This document shows positions 1 through 11,200 of a stretch of DNA of 64,000 bases, one piece after another. Position 1 is the stretch's first letter. Every line of letters begins with the position of its first letter. A program made the position numbers and the translations under genes. Source of the stretch: Macrostomum lignano (taxonomy: Eukaryota); contig NIVC01000251.1 in assembly GCA_002269645.1 (NCBI GenBank), forward strand, positions 558,001 through 622,000, in the 5' to 3' direction. The notes beneath the pieces were generated by a model. That model was not told the origin of the DNA and searched no databases. It saw only the letters and a program-made list of their open reading frames with translations.

Positions 1-24
1 CACACCTGATAGACAAAGTCAATG

Positions 25-55
25 TCTATCTATCTATCTATCTATTTATCTATCC

Positions 56-106
<51 letters not shown>

Positions 107-153
107 GATCTATCTATCTGTTTATCTACCTACCTATCTGTCTGTCTATATAT

Positions 154-202
<49 letters not shown>
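25..202. repeat. (TATC)n microsatellite
   Basis: Near-perfect TATC tandem run; the ORF 22..270 is its translation artefact. Confidence 0.97.
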
Positions 203-205
<3 letters not shown>

Positions 206-491
206 ATAGTCTTTTTCGTTTAATCTTTTTTCTAAAAAGTCTTTCATCTAGTCTAGAAATACCATTGTAGAATTGAATTTTACCCAAATAAACGTTGCGA
301 GTTGGCTTTTGCGCGTTTCATGCCAATGAAGGGACTAAAGTTACAGCATCTGCACTTCATTGCTGCATTCTACTCTCCTTGAAGCGCGATGAGTATAGAT
401 TGAAAACGCAGTTAAATCTAATTAGCTATATTTCTATGCCTTTTTTCTAAATTCATCCAGTGCTTTGGACTGCAGTTCTTCAGGTTTCCCT

Positions 492-765
492 CCTGTCTAA
501 CAGGTGTGACATTATCCCCTGTCTAACAGGTGTGACACTATCCCCTGTCTAACAGGTGTGACACTATCCCCTGTCTAACAGGTGTGACACTATCCCCTGT
601 CTAACAGGTGTGACACTATCTCCTGTCTAACAGGTGTGACACTATCCCCTGTCTAACAGGTGTGACACTATCCCCTGTCTAACAGGTGTGACACTACTCC
701 TGTCTAACAGGTGTGACACTATCTCCTGTCTAACAGGTGTGACACTATCCCCTGTCTAACAGGTG
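492..765. repeat. 26-bp minisatellite CCTGTCTAACAGGTGTGACACTATCC, ~10 copies
   Basis: Read directly; the same unit occurs in reverse orientation at 49285-49815 and 52560-52680. Confidence 0.95.
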
Positions 766-1579
766 CTACTCGAGTCTAACAGATTTTGTCATCAATGCAA
801 CAACGACTAAAATAATACTAATAAAATCTATTCAGTATCTGTCCAAATCTAAGCTATCAAATGCAGCAATATATTCATAGGAGTTATAATTATTCGCCTG
901 TCCACCTTGGACTTTTTAATTAAGCATCAATTTCATTATTTTGGGGCTACCTTGGTTTCCAAATTGAATACCTCAGTAGATGAAGCTGGGTCGAGGCTGC
1001 ACATTTCCTACTACTGCTGCTGAAGTGGCAAGAGGCAGACAGACCCTGTTTACACTGGCGCTGAAATAGCACCATCTGATAGTGAGCTATATATCGAACG
1101 AACAGTTTATTCTGTTCATTTTCATTTCTCTCTCTCTATTGTCTTGGTCTACCTATCCATGCAGAAGCTTGTTTGTGCTGGGGTAGGCACATACACACGA
1201 CTCTGCAGCCTCCTGCTCACTTCATCTCTGCCTCTCTCCCTCTCTCTCCTATCCATTTAACGATACCAACCTTAGAAGAGAAAGCTCTCCTTTTTAGCGA
1301 AGGTTTTTGCTATTTAAAAAAACGCAAATTTATTATAAGCTGCTAAAAAGCAATATTTAGAACACTGCAGAAGCGGCAAAGCTTGCAGTTCTGAAGACGA
1401 AAAACACAGATAAACATATTAGTTGATTTTTATCTACAAGTTGCCATTTGAAGTTTAGGTCCAAGGATTCATTGTCTGTTACGGAATATGCAAAAGTGAG
1501 TATTAAATTTGATTTTTTCTGCAAATGGGGCAGAAAATGCCAAACACGAAATTGAGATTGGGGTTTCTCGAAAGCTCTC

Positions 1580-2276
1580 ATTTTCTCCATTTTCTCTTCC
1601 CTCCCTCTCTCTCCCTTCCTCTCTCCCTTCTCCGCTCTCCAGCCCTCTCCCTTCCTCTCTCCCTTCCTCTTCCTTCCTCTCTCCCTCCCCTTCTCTCCCT
1701 CTCCCTCTCTCCCTTCCTGTCTCCCTCCCTTCCTCTCTCCCTTCCTCTCTTCCTTCCTCTCTCCCTTCCTCTCTCCCTCCCCTTCTCTCCCTCCCCCTCT
1801 CTCTCTCCCTTCCTCTCTCCCTTCCTCTCTCCCTCCCTCTCTCCCTTCCTCTCTCCCTCCCCTTCTCTCTCTCCCCCTCTCTCCCTCCCCCTCTCTCCCT
1901 TCTTCTCTCTCTTCCTAGCTCTCTCCCTTCGTGTCTCCCTTCCTCTCTCCCTTCGTCTCTCCCTCCCTCTTTCCCTTCCTCTCTCCCTCCCCTTCTCTCT
2001 CTCCCCCTCTCTCCCTCCCTTCCTCTCTCCCTTCTTCTCTCTCTTCCTAGCTCTCTCCCTTCGTGTCTCCCTTCCTCTCTCCCTTCGTCTCTCCCTCCCT
2101 CTCTCCCTTCCTCTCTCCCTCCCCTTCTCTCTCTCCCCCTCTCTCCCTCCCTTCCTCTCTCCCTTCCTCTCTTCCTTCCTCTCTCCCTTCCTCTCTCCCT
2201 TCGTGTCTCCCTTCCTCTCTCCCTTCGTCTCTCCCTCCCTCTTTCCCTTCCTCTCTCCCTCCCCCTCTCTCCTTTC
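1580..2276. repeat. Polypyrimidine (CT-rich) low-complexity tract with internal block duplications
   Basis: Almost purely C/T on +; ORFs 1509..2297, 1525..2280 and 2063..2350 are L/S/P-only artefacts. Confidence 0.93.
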
Positions 2277-3127
2277 CTAAAAGTGCTACATTGTTGAGCC
2301 TATCACCGTATGAGAATAATGAGGTAATGCTACGAGCGAACTATGCTTGACAATAAATGCCATAGACAAAATCAGAGGGCACATACTGATGACTTCTTCT
2401 TTCAAGAAGTGCAGCCCGCTAAATCGTGGGACAACACTGTTTCCTTTCTCACTTTCCTCCGCTCTCTCTCTCTCTCTCTCTCTGTCTTCCCTGTTTGACT
2501 ATTTACTCTCTTTACACACGCAAGCCAGCCATTGTTATAGGAGCAGCTATAAGCTTCTGCAATGCTTGGCCATGCAGAAATATTCAATAATTAAAGCAAT
2601 GAATTTTAAGCTGGCAGTATATAGCGTTGCTACCTAGCGGGATGGCTTGTATTGGGGAGCGCATTTTTCTGCTCCTAACTAGGAGAGAGGGAGGCGGGAA
2701 CAGTAGAGGAAGGCTGTCGGAGTCTATAGTGGAAGCAATTGTGGAGCTTTACAGCCAATTGTTTAGGCAGTCCGGAATCCCCGGTGCTACCTGCACCTCC
2801 GCTATGGAAACTGCAACCCACTTACCTGTTGCAGAACCCCCGCTTGCTTCAAAGCATTTCCTTCCTTCCTCCTAAGCAGAAGTGCATGTTAGTTATAAAG
2901 CCTATATAAGTCCCCGGAAAGCAGATCTCTGAAATCTGCAACAATTTCTCTTATTCTTTACAATCATATATCATTTTTATTGTACAAAAAATGACTCAGA
3001 AAATTGCATCAATTATTTAGTAAGTAGCTTCTAGATGTACAACTATGTTCCCTACTTGACCTATGTAGATTACTGTTAACGCAGCTTATATATAAGCTCC
3101 TATACTGACTTTTCCCACGTATTTCAG

Positions 3128-3202
3128 TTTCAACACTACAGTTGGTTTTCATCAGACTTCTGCGGCAGTTCCGAAGCAGCAGCCACAACATCAACAGCAA
3201 CA

Positions 3203-3245
<43 letters not shown>

Positions 3246-4442
3246 CAACGCTTCAATCAGAGGCGGCATTTCGGCGCAGCAAAGCAAGTCTACAGCGGCG
3301 GCGGCAGTGGCGGTAACCTTGGCAACGGGGCTCCAGTGACAAAGCTAGGAAGCCAACGAGCCAGCCTGTCAGAGACCCTGAGATTATTTGAAAGAAGTCA
3401 GCAACAGCAACAGCAGAAAAAGCAGCCTGTGGTATCCAAGGAAGTCACTCAGCATCAGCAGGCGCTTAGCAACCGTCAGAGTCCCAAACTGGCACCCGGA
3501 GCGACACCTTCCACTGGCGTGCTTCCACCGCTGGGTCAGCAGGACGGCGCGGCCAGGCGGTCAAATCCTTCGTCCGGTGGTCTGCAGAGACTGCAGCCAG
3601 TTGAACCAACAACAGCAACAACGGCAACAAACAATAACAATAGTAATGGTAACAATTATTTGGACGCGAATCAAAATTATCTACCGATAATTACTACGAG
3701 CAGGTCTGATGGAGGTGGGAAGTTAACGGTCAGACAGCCGCAACAGCAGCAGCAGCAGCAACAGCAGCAACAGCAGCAACAGCAGTCCTTGACGGTCGCT
3801 GCCGCAGCAGCCACCGCTTCGTCGCCCCTGGCAACTGCCGCGACAACTGATGCCAAATCAGAGACCGGGGCCGAGCCGCCGACGGTGCGACCTGCAGCAC
3901 CGAATAAAACTAACCACCACAAAACACAGCAGCAGCAGCAGCAGAAGCTACCGTCGCCTCAGCATCCACCACCTACATTGCTGCCATCTTCCCGAGCTGA
4001 GCAACAGCAACAGCAGCAGCAACAGCAACAGCCGCAGCAGCCAGCTGGAAAGCGGAGCGCCAATAACCGCCGCAGGCGCATCAAGGTCGCCGGAACCAAG
4101 AAAGGAGGCGGCGGCGCTGCGGGTGCAACCGCAGCAACTGCCAAGAAGAAGCAAATCCCTGTGGTGTACTTCAGCCCGGACAATGGCTCGGTGCGATCTG
4201 CCCGACTCGAGGACGTCGACTCGCGTAGCTGCGACATGCGCGATCCAAACGACACGATCGCGTACGGTAATGTGCTTGAGTACATCAGGGACAATCAGCT
4301 GATGAGCAGCAGGAAGGCGAAGCTGATTTGGGCATGGATTCGGGATCAAGACGCTGCCAGCTCGTCGCGATTGTTCGTCTACGATCCGAATCTGCGATGG
4401 TACTCCCTGCCTGGCGAGCTTATCGGCGGCGGGGACGTCTAA
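3128..4442 (+). CDS. Terminal exon of an uncharacterised poly-Q/low-complexity protein with a ~95-aa ordered C-terminal segment
   Basis: The frame of ORF 3336..4442 stays open upstream (QQHQRFNQRRHFGAAK...) to an acceptor TATTTCAG ending at 3127; stop TAA at 4440-4442. Upstream exons not identified. Confidence 0.7.
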
Positions 4443-5208
4443 GCGCAAGTAACAAGCCAGCTGGAACGTCAATTACGGTGCTACTGTATTTTTCTGATTT
4501 ATAAAGCTTACTTTCGATACATATCGGCTAACGTAAAAACAAGATTTTGATACGTGAATCAACATTTTATAGCAGGTTTCTGCAATTTCTCGTTTCTAAG
4601 AACTCATGCGAGATTGAGGCTAAAAGTTTTGAAATATTTGAGCAGATACAGAAAATTCGAACCAATGACCTACCGATCGAGAGACATTTCGAGTGATAAA
4701 ATTCGGGTAAATATAAATGTCCTTATTGATTTTGCATTTCTATGGCAGGAATCATAGGCTTGTATCTATGATAGTTATTACCAAACTAACGTACAAATTG
4801 TGTACTTTTGTTTAATAAATGTATGTAGAAAGTTATTTTTTACTAACCTTTTCTCGCTGCAACCATTCTGCTTTAATTCATACATGCTTAACGTTGCTCT
4901 CTTGAAACCTATGTTTAAGAAAGTACAAAAATAATTGTGTAAGTAGATTCTGTACCTTTCTAACAAATAAAAAAACTTGGCTCAATAAATAAGCGGAAAA
5001 TTTATCTTTCGATTTATTTTACTTGAAAAAAATCAGACCAGCACTAACTGAGAAATAAGTTGACAATCAAAAATATGAAATTGAGATTAAAAGCAAAAAG
5101 GACGCTCAACAGTTCAAAAATGTCTTTGCCGGAAAAGTATGCTGAATTATTAAAGAAACACGGGGGGTTTCATATCGGTTATCAGACAGAACACAGGCAG
5201 CTAGCGTA

Positions 5209-8200
5209 TTAATCGATTCCGTGCATCAGCATCAGAATCCTCACTATGATGGCGCTCCAGCCGCCTTTATGCGCGGCGCCGTGGCCTCGGCCTGTGTCGC
5301 CATCGAAAGTTTCGTAGAATTGCAGGCCGCATCTGGCTTCCAAGCCCGTGCTGGGGATCACGCCTGCGGCGGCATCGGTTAGGAGTCCAGGTGAGTGCGA
5401 GAGTACAGAGTCACGTGTAGCCTTGTTAAACCTCTGCCATCCTCACCCCAACTCCCCTCTCTGTCCCTCCCCTACCCCACTCTCCATCTGTCCCTCCCTT
5501 ACCCCACTCCCCGTCTGTCCCTCCCTTACCCCACTCCCCGTCTGTCCCTCCCTTACCCCACTCCCCGTCTGTCCCTCCCCTACCCCACTCCCCGTCTGTC
5601 CCTCCCTTACCCCACTCCCCTCTCTGTCCCTTCCTTACCCCACTCCCCTCTCTGTCCCTCCCTTACCCCACTCCCCTTTCTGTCCCTCCCTTACCCCACT
5701 CCCCGTCTGTCCCTCCCTTACCCCACTCCCCTCTCTGTCCCTCCCTCACCCCACTCCCCTCTCTGTCCCTCCCTTACCCCACTCCCCTCTCTGTCCCTCC
5801 CTTACCCCACTCCCCTCTCTGCCCCTCCCTCATCCCACTCCCCTCTCTGTCCCTCCATTACCCCACTCCCCTCTCTGTCCCTCCCTCACCCCACTCCCCT
5901 CTCTGTCCCTCCCTTACCCCACTCCCCTCTCTGTCCCTCCCTTACCCCACTCCCCTCTCTGTCCCTCCCTTACCCCACTCCCCTCTCTGTCCCTCCATTA
6001 CCCCACTCCCCGTCTGTCCCTCCATTACCCCACTCCCCGTCTGTCCCTCCCTTACCCCACTCCCCTCTCTGTCCCTCCCTCACCCCACTCCCCTCTCTGC
6101 CACAGCCTTGCCTCAGTAGTAAATTCTATTATTAAACAACATTTCTCACCACTGGAATTCGGCAGAAATAACGCGGCATTCCTTGAGGCCAACTCTTGCA
6201 CAATCTCGTTTATTAGTTTATAACGCCCAGAGTAGGATGGATATTCGATTAGATCGAATTTCTTGTCCAACACAGTGGACCAACGGTGCATGGCCTCCAA
6301 GAGCAGGTAGTTATAAGGGAGGTTAATCCCACCATACCAGTTGGTGTTGCCTCCGTACGAGCTGCTCACGGAAGCGCCTGGGCAGAATTCCTGACTCAAA
6401 GTGTAGCTAGCCAGCTTTTGCTGCTTAACTTCCGGTTCTGACAAAGAAGAATTTGTAGAAGATTCTCGCCGGCCCATAGACAGTCTGACGGAGGCCGTGT
6501 CGCAGGTATGAAGCATCGACATGGTGCGGATGCCGTATTGGGAGAGAAACTGCACCTCACTTAGTACCTGAAAATAGGATGGGGACGTTAGGATAGGATA
6601 TGAAGTTTACTTCCTCAAATCATTAAACAAAATCACTTAAACTTCCTCAGATCATTAAGCTTTCCCAAATCAATAACTTCCCCAAATCATTTAAATTCCT
6701 CCAATCAATTAAACTTTCCAAAATCACAAATTTTCTCCAAATCAATAAAGAACCTATTACCTGCTCCAGGAGCTCTGACAACTGTATCGAGTTAATAACG
6801 CTAACAAACAGCCTCGAATGACCGGCATCCGTGAAGACATACGGAGCCCTGGTCTCCCAGTCGCTCGAGCCATTATTAAACGCCCGAGCAAGCAGATCCT
6901 CAATTGTGTCACCTCCATCTAGCCGGACATTGGGCAGGCTGCAACAACAGATTATTGGCAAATAGCAATAGGCATGCAGCCAGGGACATCGCTTCACAGT
7001 TTCCTCTCGACCGTCGCCGCTGTACACCGTCGAAGATGTCAGCAGACCGGACGACGAGCCTGTGAATCGTTCGACAACACCCGAGAAGCTGACGCAACTG
7101 CCGTCAATAGAAGCGTTGCTCTCAATACTTTCCGATTGAATGCTACTAGGACGTCTTTGAGTCTCCTGCTGTTGCTGCTTGTTGTTGCGGCTCAAGTTGC
7201 TGCTGCTTCCACCTGAAACTTCGGACCAGAAGCCAACGTCCAGCCAATACGGATGGTAGAGTCCATTCTCTTGGACAACGCAGCGCACAAACGAAGCGCA
7301 AAGTCTTCCTAGACTTTCAATCAGTTTTGGCAGGTTTATTTCTATTGTCGACCGAAGGGCGGAGTCTCTGGGGCAAGTTGAGTAGATGGCCAAGGACAGC
7401 TCGAAAAACCTCTGGTTGGTTGATTTGGAGTACATTTGTTTCTTTTCTAATTCAACTTTATACTGAGCACTGAAATTGATCTAAATTTATCAAACTTGAC
7501 ACTAAACTCAATTAAACCTGAGACTAAACTCAATCAAATCTGACACTAAACTCGATCAAACCTGACACTTAACTCAATCAAACCTGACACTAAACTCAAT
7601 CAAACCTGACACTAAACTCAATCAAACCTGACACTAAACTCAATCAAACCTGACACGAAACTCAATCAAACCTGACACTAAACTCAATCAAATCTGACAC
7701 TAAACTCAATCAAATCTGACACTAAACTCAATCAAATCTGACACTAAACTCAATCAAACCTGACACTAAACCCAATCAAACCTGACACTAAACTCAATCA
7801 AACCTGACACTAAACTCAATCAAACCTGACACTAAACTCAATCAAATCTGACACTAAACCCAATCAAACCTGACACTAAACTCAATCAAACCTGACACTA
7901 AACTCAATCAAACCTGACACTAAACTCAAATTAAACCTGACACAACATTAATCAAACCTGACACTAAACTCAATCAAACCTGACACTAAACTCAATCAAA
8001 CCTGACACTAAACTCAATCAAATCTGACACTAAACCCAATCAAACCTGACACTAAACTCAATCAAATCTGACACTAAACCCAATCAAATCTGACACTAAA
8101 CTCAATCAAATCTGACACTAAACTCAATCAAACCTGACACTAAACCCAATCAAACCTGACACTAAACTCAATCAAACCTGACACTAAACTCAATCAAACC

Positions 8201-11200
8201 TGACACTAAACTCAATCAAATCTGACACTAAACCCAATCAAACCTGACACTAAACTCAATCAAACCTGACACTAAACTCAATCAAACCTGACACTAAACT
8301 CAATCAAACCTGACACTAAACTCAATCAAATCTGACACTAAACTCAATCAAATCTGACACTAAACTCAATCAAATCTGAAACTAAACTCAATCAAACCTG
8401 ACACTAAACTCAATCAAACCTGACACTAAACTCAATCAAAGCTGACACTAAACTCAATCAAACCTGACACTAAACTCAATCAAATCTGACACTAAACTCA
8501 ATCAAATCTGACACTAAACCCAATCAAACCTGACACTAAACTCAATCAAACCTGACACTAAACTCAATCAAACCTGACACTAAACTCAATCAAATCTGAA
8601 ACTAAACTCAATCAAATCTGACACTAAACTCAATCAAATCTGACACTAAACTCAATCAAATCTGAAACTAAACTCAATCAAACCTGACACTAAACTCAAT
8701 CAAACCTGACACTAAACTCAATCAAAGCTGACACTAAACCCAATCAAACCTGACACTAAACTCAATCAAACCTGACACTAAACTCAATCAAATCTGAAAC
8801 TAAACTCAATCAAACCTGACACTAAACTCAAACAAACCTGACACTAAACTCAATCAAATCTGACACTAAACTCAATCAAATCTGACACTAAACTCAATCA
8901 AATCTGAAACTAAACTCAATCAAACCTGACACTAAACTCAATCAAACCTGACACTAAACTCAATCAAAGCTGACACTAAACTCAATCAAACCTGACACTA
9001 AACTCAATCCGATTTGACACTAAACTCAAATTAAACCTGACACAACATTAATCAAACCTGACACTAAACTCAATCAAACCTGACACTAAACTCAATCAAA
9101 GCTGACACTAAACCCAATCAAACCTGACACTAAACTCAATCAAACCTGACACTAAACTCAATCAAATCTGAAACTAAACTCAATCAAATCTGACACTAAA
9201 CTCAATCAAATCTGAAACTAAACTCAATCAAACCTGACACTAAACTCAATCAAACCTGACACTAAACTCAATCAAACCTGACAACTGCTTTGTCAAATTT
9301 AATTTTTATCTATCTTACAAGACAAAAAATATCATTAAACTTGCCATAGCGAAGAACAGAGCCCAGATCAGTCCTTCACCAGTTTCAACCAGTTCCCTAG
9401 GAAACAGTGACACGTAGTCAACACCGCAGATGCCGCCGTCGATCAGGGCGACACCGCGAGCATCTCGACGCTGCAGCCACCAGTCCAGATGGCGATGTAA
9501 TCGATCATAGATCAGCGGTGCCATGCTTTCCTGCTCGTCTCGGTTGCACTTACTGATGAAAAATTGTTTTTAGTGCTATGATTATGACTGTTTTACATGC
9601 ACCAGATCAAGGGGGGTTGTGGCAGGAATGGCCACTTATTCGAGAGGGGGTCTCTGGGCACTGCTGCAATTCAAAGCGGCAGTACGTACCAGCGAACCAG
9701 GCTCGATTCCAAGTGCAGCCACATTAATTCAGGGCTGAATTTGGAATCTCGGCTTGGCTCTGCTCGTGCAATTAACAGCCTTGAGGGCCAACCCCCAAGG
9801 CACAGTGAAGTGTACATGCCTAACGATAAAATAAAGTTAGGGCCGCTGTGCACTTGTGTGTGTGTGTGCCTGTGCGTATGACTGCTCAGGGGAGTCGGCA
9901 GAATGGGCATCAGTAATAATGCCTCTCGCCGGTTGTGTGACAATGTCACTTAAAGTGCGCCAGGGTGCACACAGCCGCCTTTGCCTAGTTAAAAGATGGT
10001 TACTAGGGATAATAATAATAATTGATTACACTTGCCTTAATAACCAGATGTGCAACCGACAGCTCAGCCGCAGCTGACGGCTGTTCAGTCCAAGGACTGG
10101 GGGTCGCCACACAGTCTCAATTACCCCAGATAATGCTGGCACCCATTTTACAGCTGGGTGAACTGAAGCAATGCACAGTTGACTGTCTTGCTTAAGGACA
10201 AGATTTTTTTCCGAGTGAGTCGAGAATCGAACCCCCGATCTTTAAGTCGTAAGTCCGACGCACTAACCACAAGGCTACAACCCTTTAGGGCATTACTAGG
10301 GATGCTAGATGGAGAACTTCCGAGATGCTGGAATATGTATTAAGCATGCTATTAAAATCTCTCACCTGTACACATCCACAGCGGCCAGTACAGACAGGGG
10401 AGGTGTCACACCCTCCGGTCGGTACTCGTCAGCGTACATGGATCCGTCCTCCCTAATCAATGCCATAAGCAGCATCAGCTCATCAATTGCCTGTCTACGA
10501 TCGAAACAGCTCAAACAGAGGCAATGCAGAGCCGTGTCCCACGCAGCTAAGTACGGCTGCTCCCATTTGTCGGGCACAGTCACTAAGCGATTTGGTAGGG
10601 TTCCAGCACCAGAGGAGAGCACTCTCCACAGGTGAGGCATCTGGTCCAGGGGATAGTACTGCCGATTCCACAGCAGATTAGTGTAGGCCGCATTAAGAAT
10701 ATCCTGCTCAGCCGGGACTAGGGAACCTGGCAGCGACTGATAGGTGTCGACATTGTTCTGCAGTCGAACCATTTCCATGCTGCTTGTCAGGCCTTTCCAG
10801 TTCAGCATCGCCGACTCTCCAGATCGCTGGGACATTAGAAAGCATCGCAGCTTGATTTGTTGCTTCGGCGCCAGATTTAACCGATAACAAATGCCTGCCT
10901 TGCTGGCTGGCAGACTGCCAAGATTGGCTATCAACCCGCTACTGTCGCCTCGAGTAATGTAACGATGAAACGCGTCCTTCGACGGAGAGTGCGCCGATGC
11001 GTCTTTGGAGGCCGGGGAATTGACATTGTCAGTCAGGAGAATTTCTGGGACGCCAGCTTCCGAATCGAAATAGTAGCCCAAGTGGAACTCTTTGTTGTCT
11101 GCGTTTTAAACAGGATTAACCATGAGGTGTATAAGCGAAAATTCAAAGGGAAAAGTTCCCTCTGAGCACATACAACCGCGCTGGTACGTCCCATACGCAG

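Noticed and set aside
940-2900. Exon-like segments on the minus strand (~955-1065; 2830-2875 with CAG|GTAAGT)
   Set aside because: Plausible splice signals, but I could not build a consistent multi-exon frame or recognise a product.
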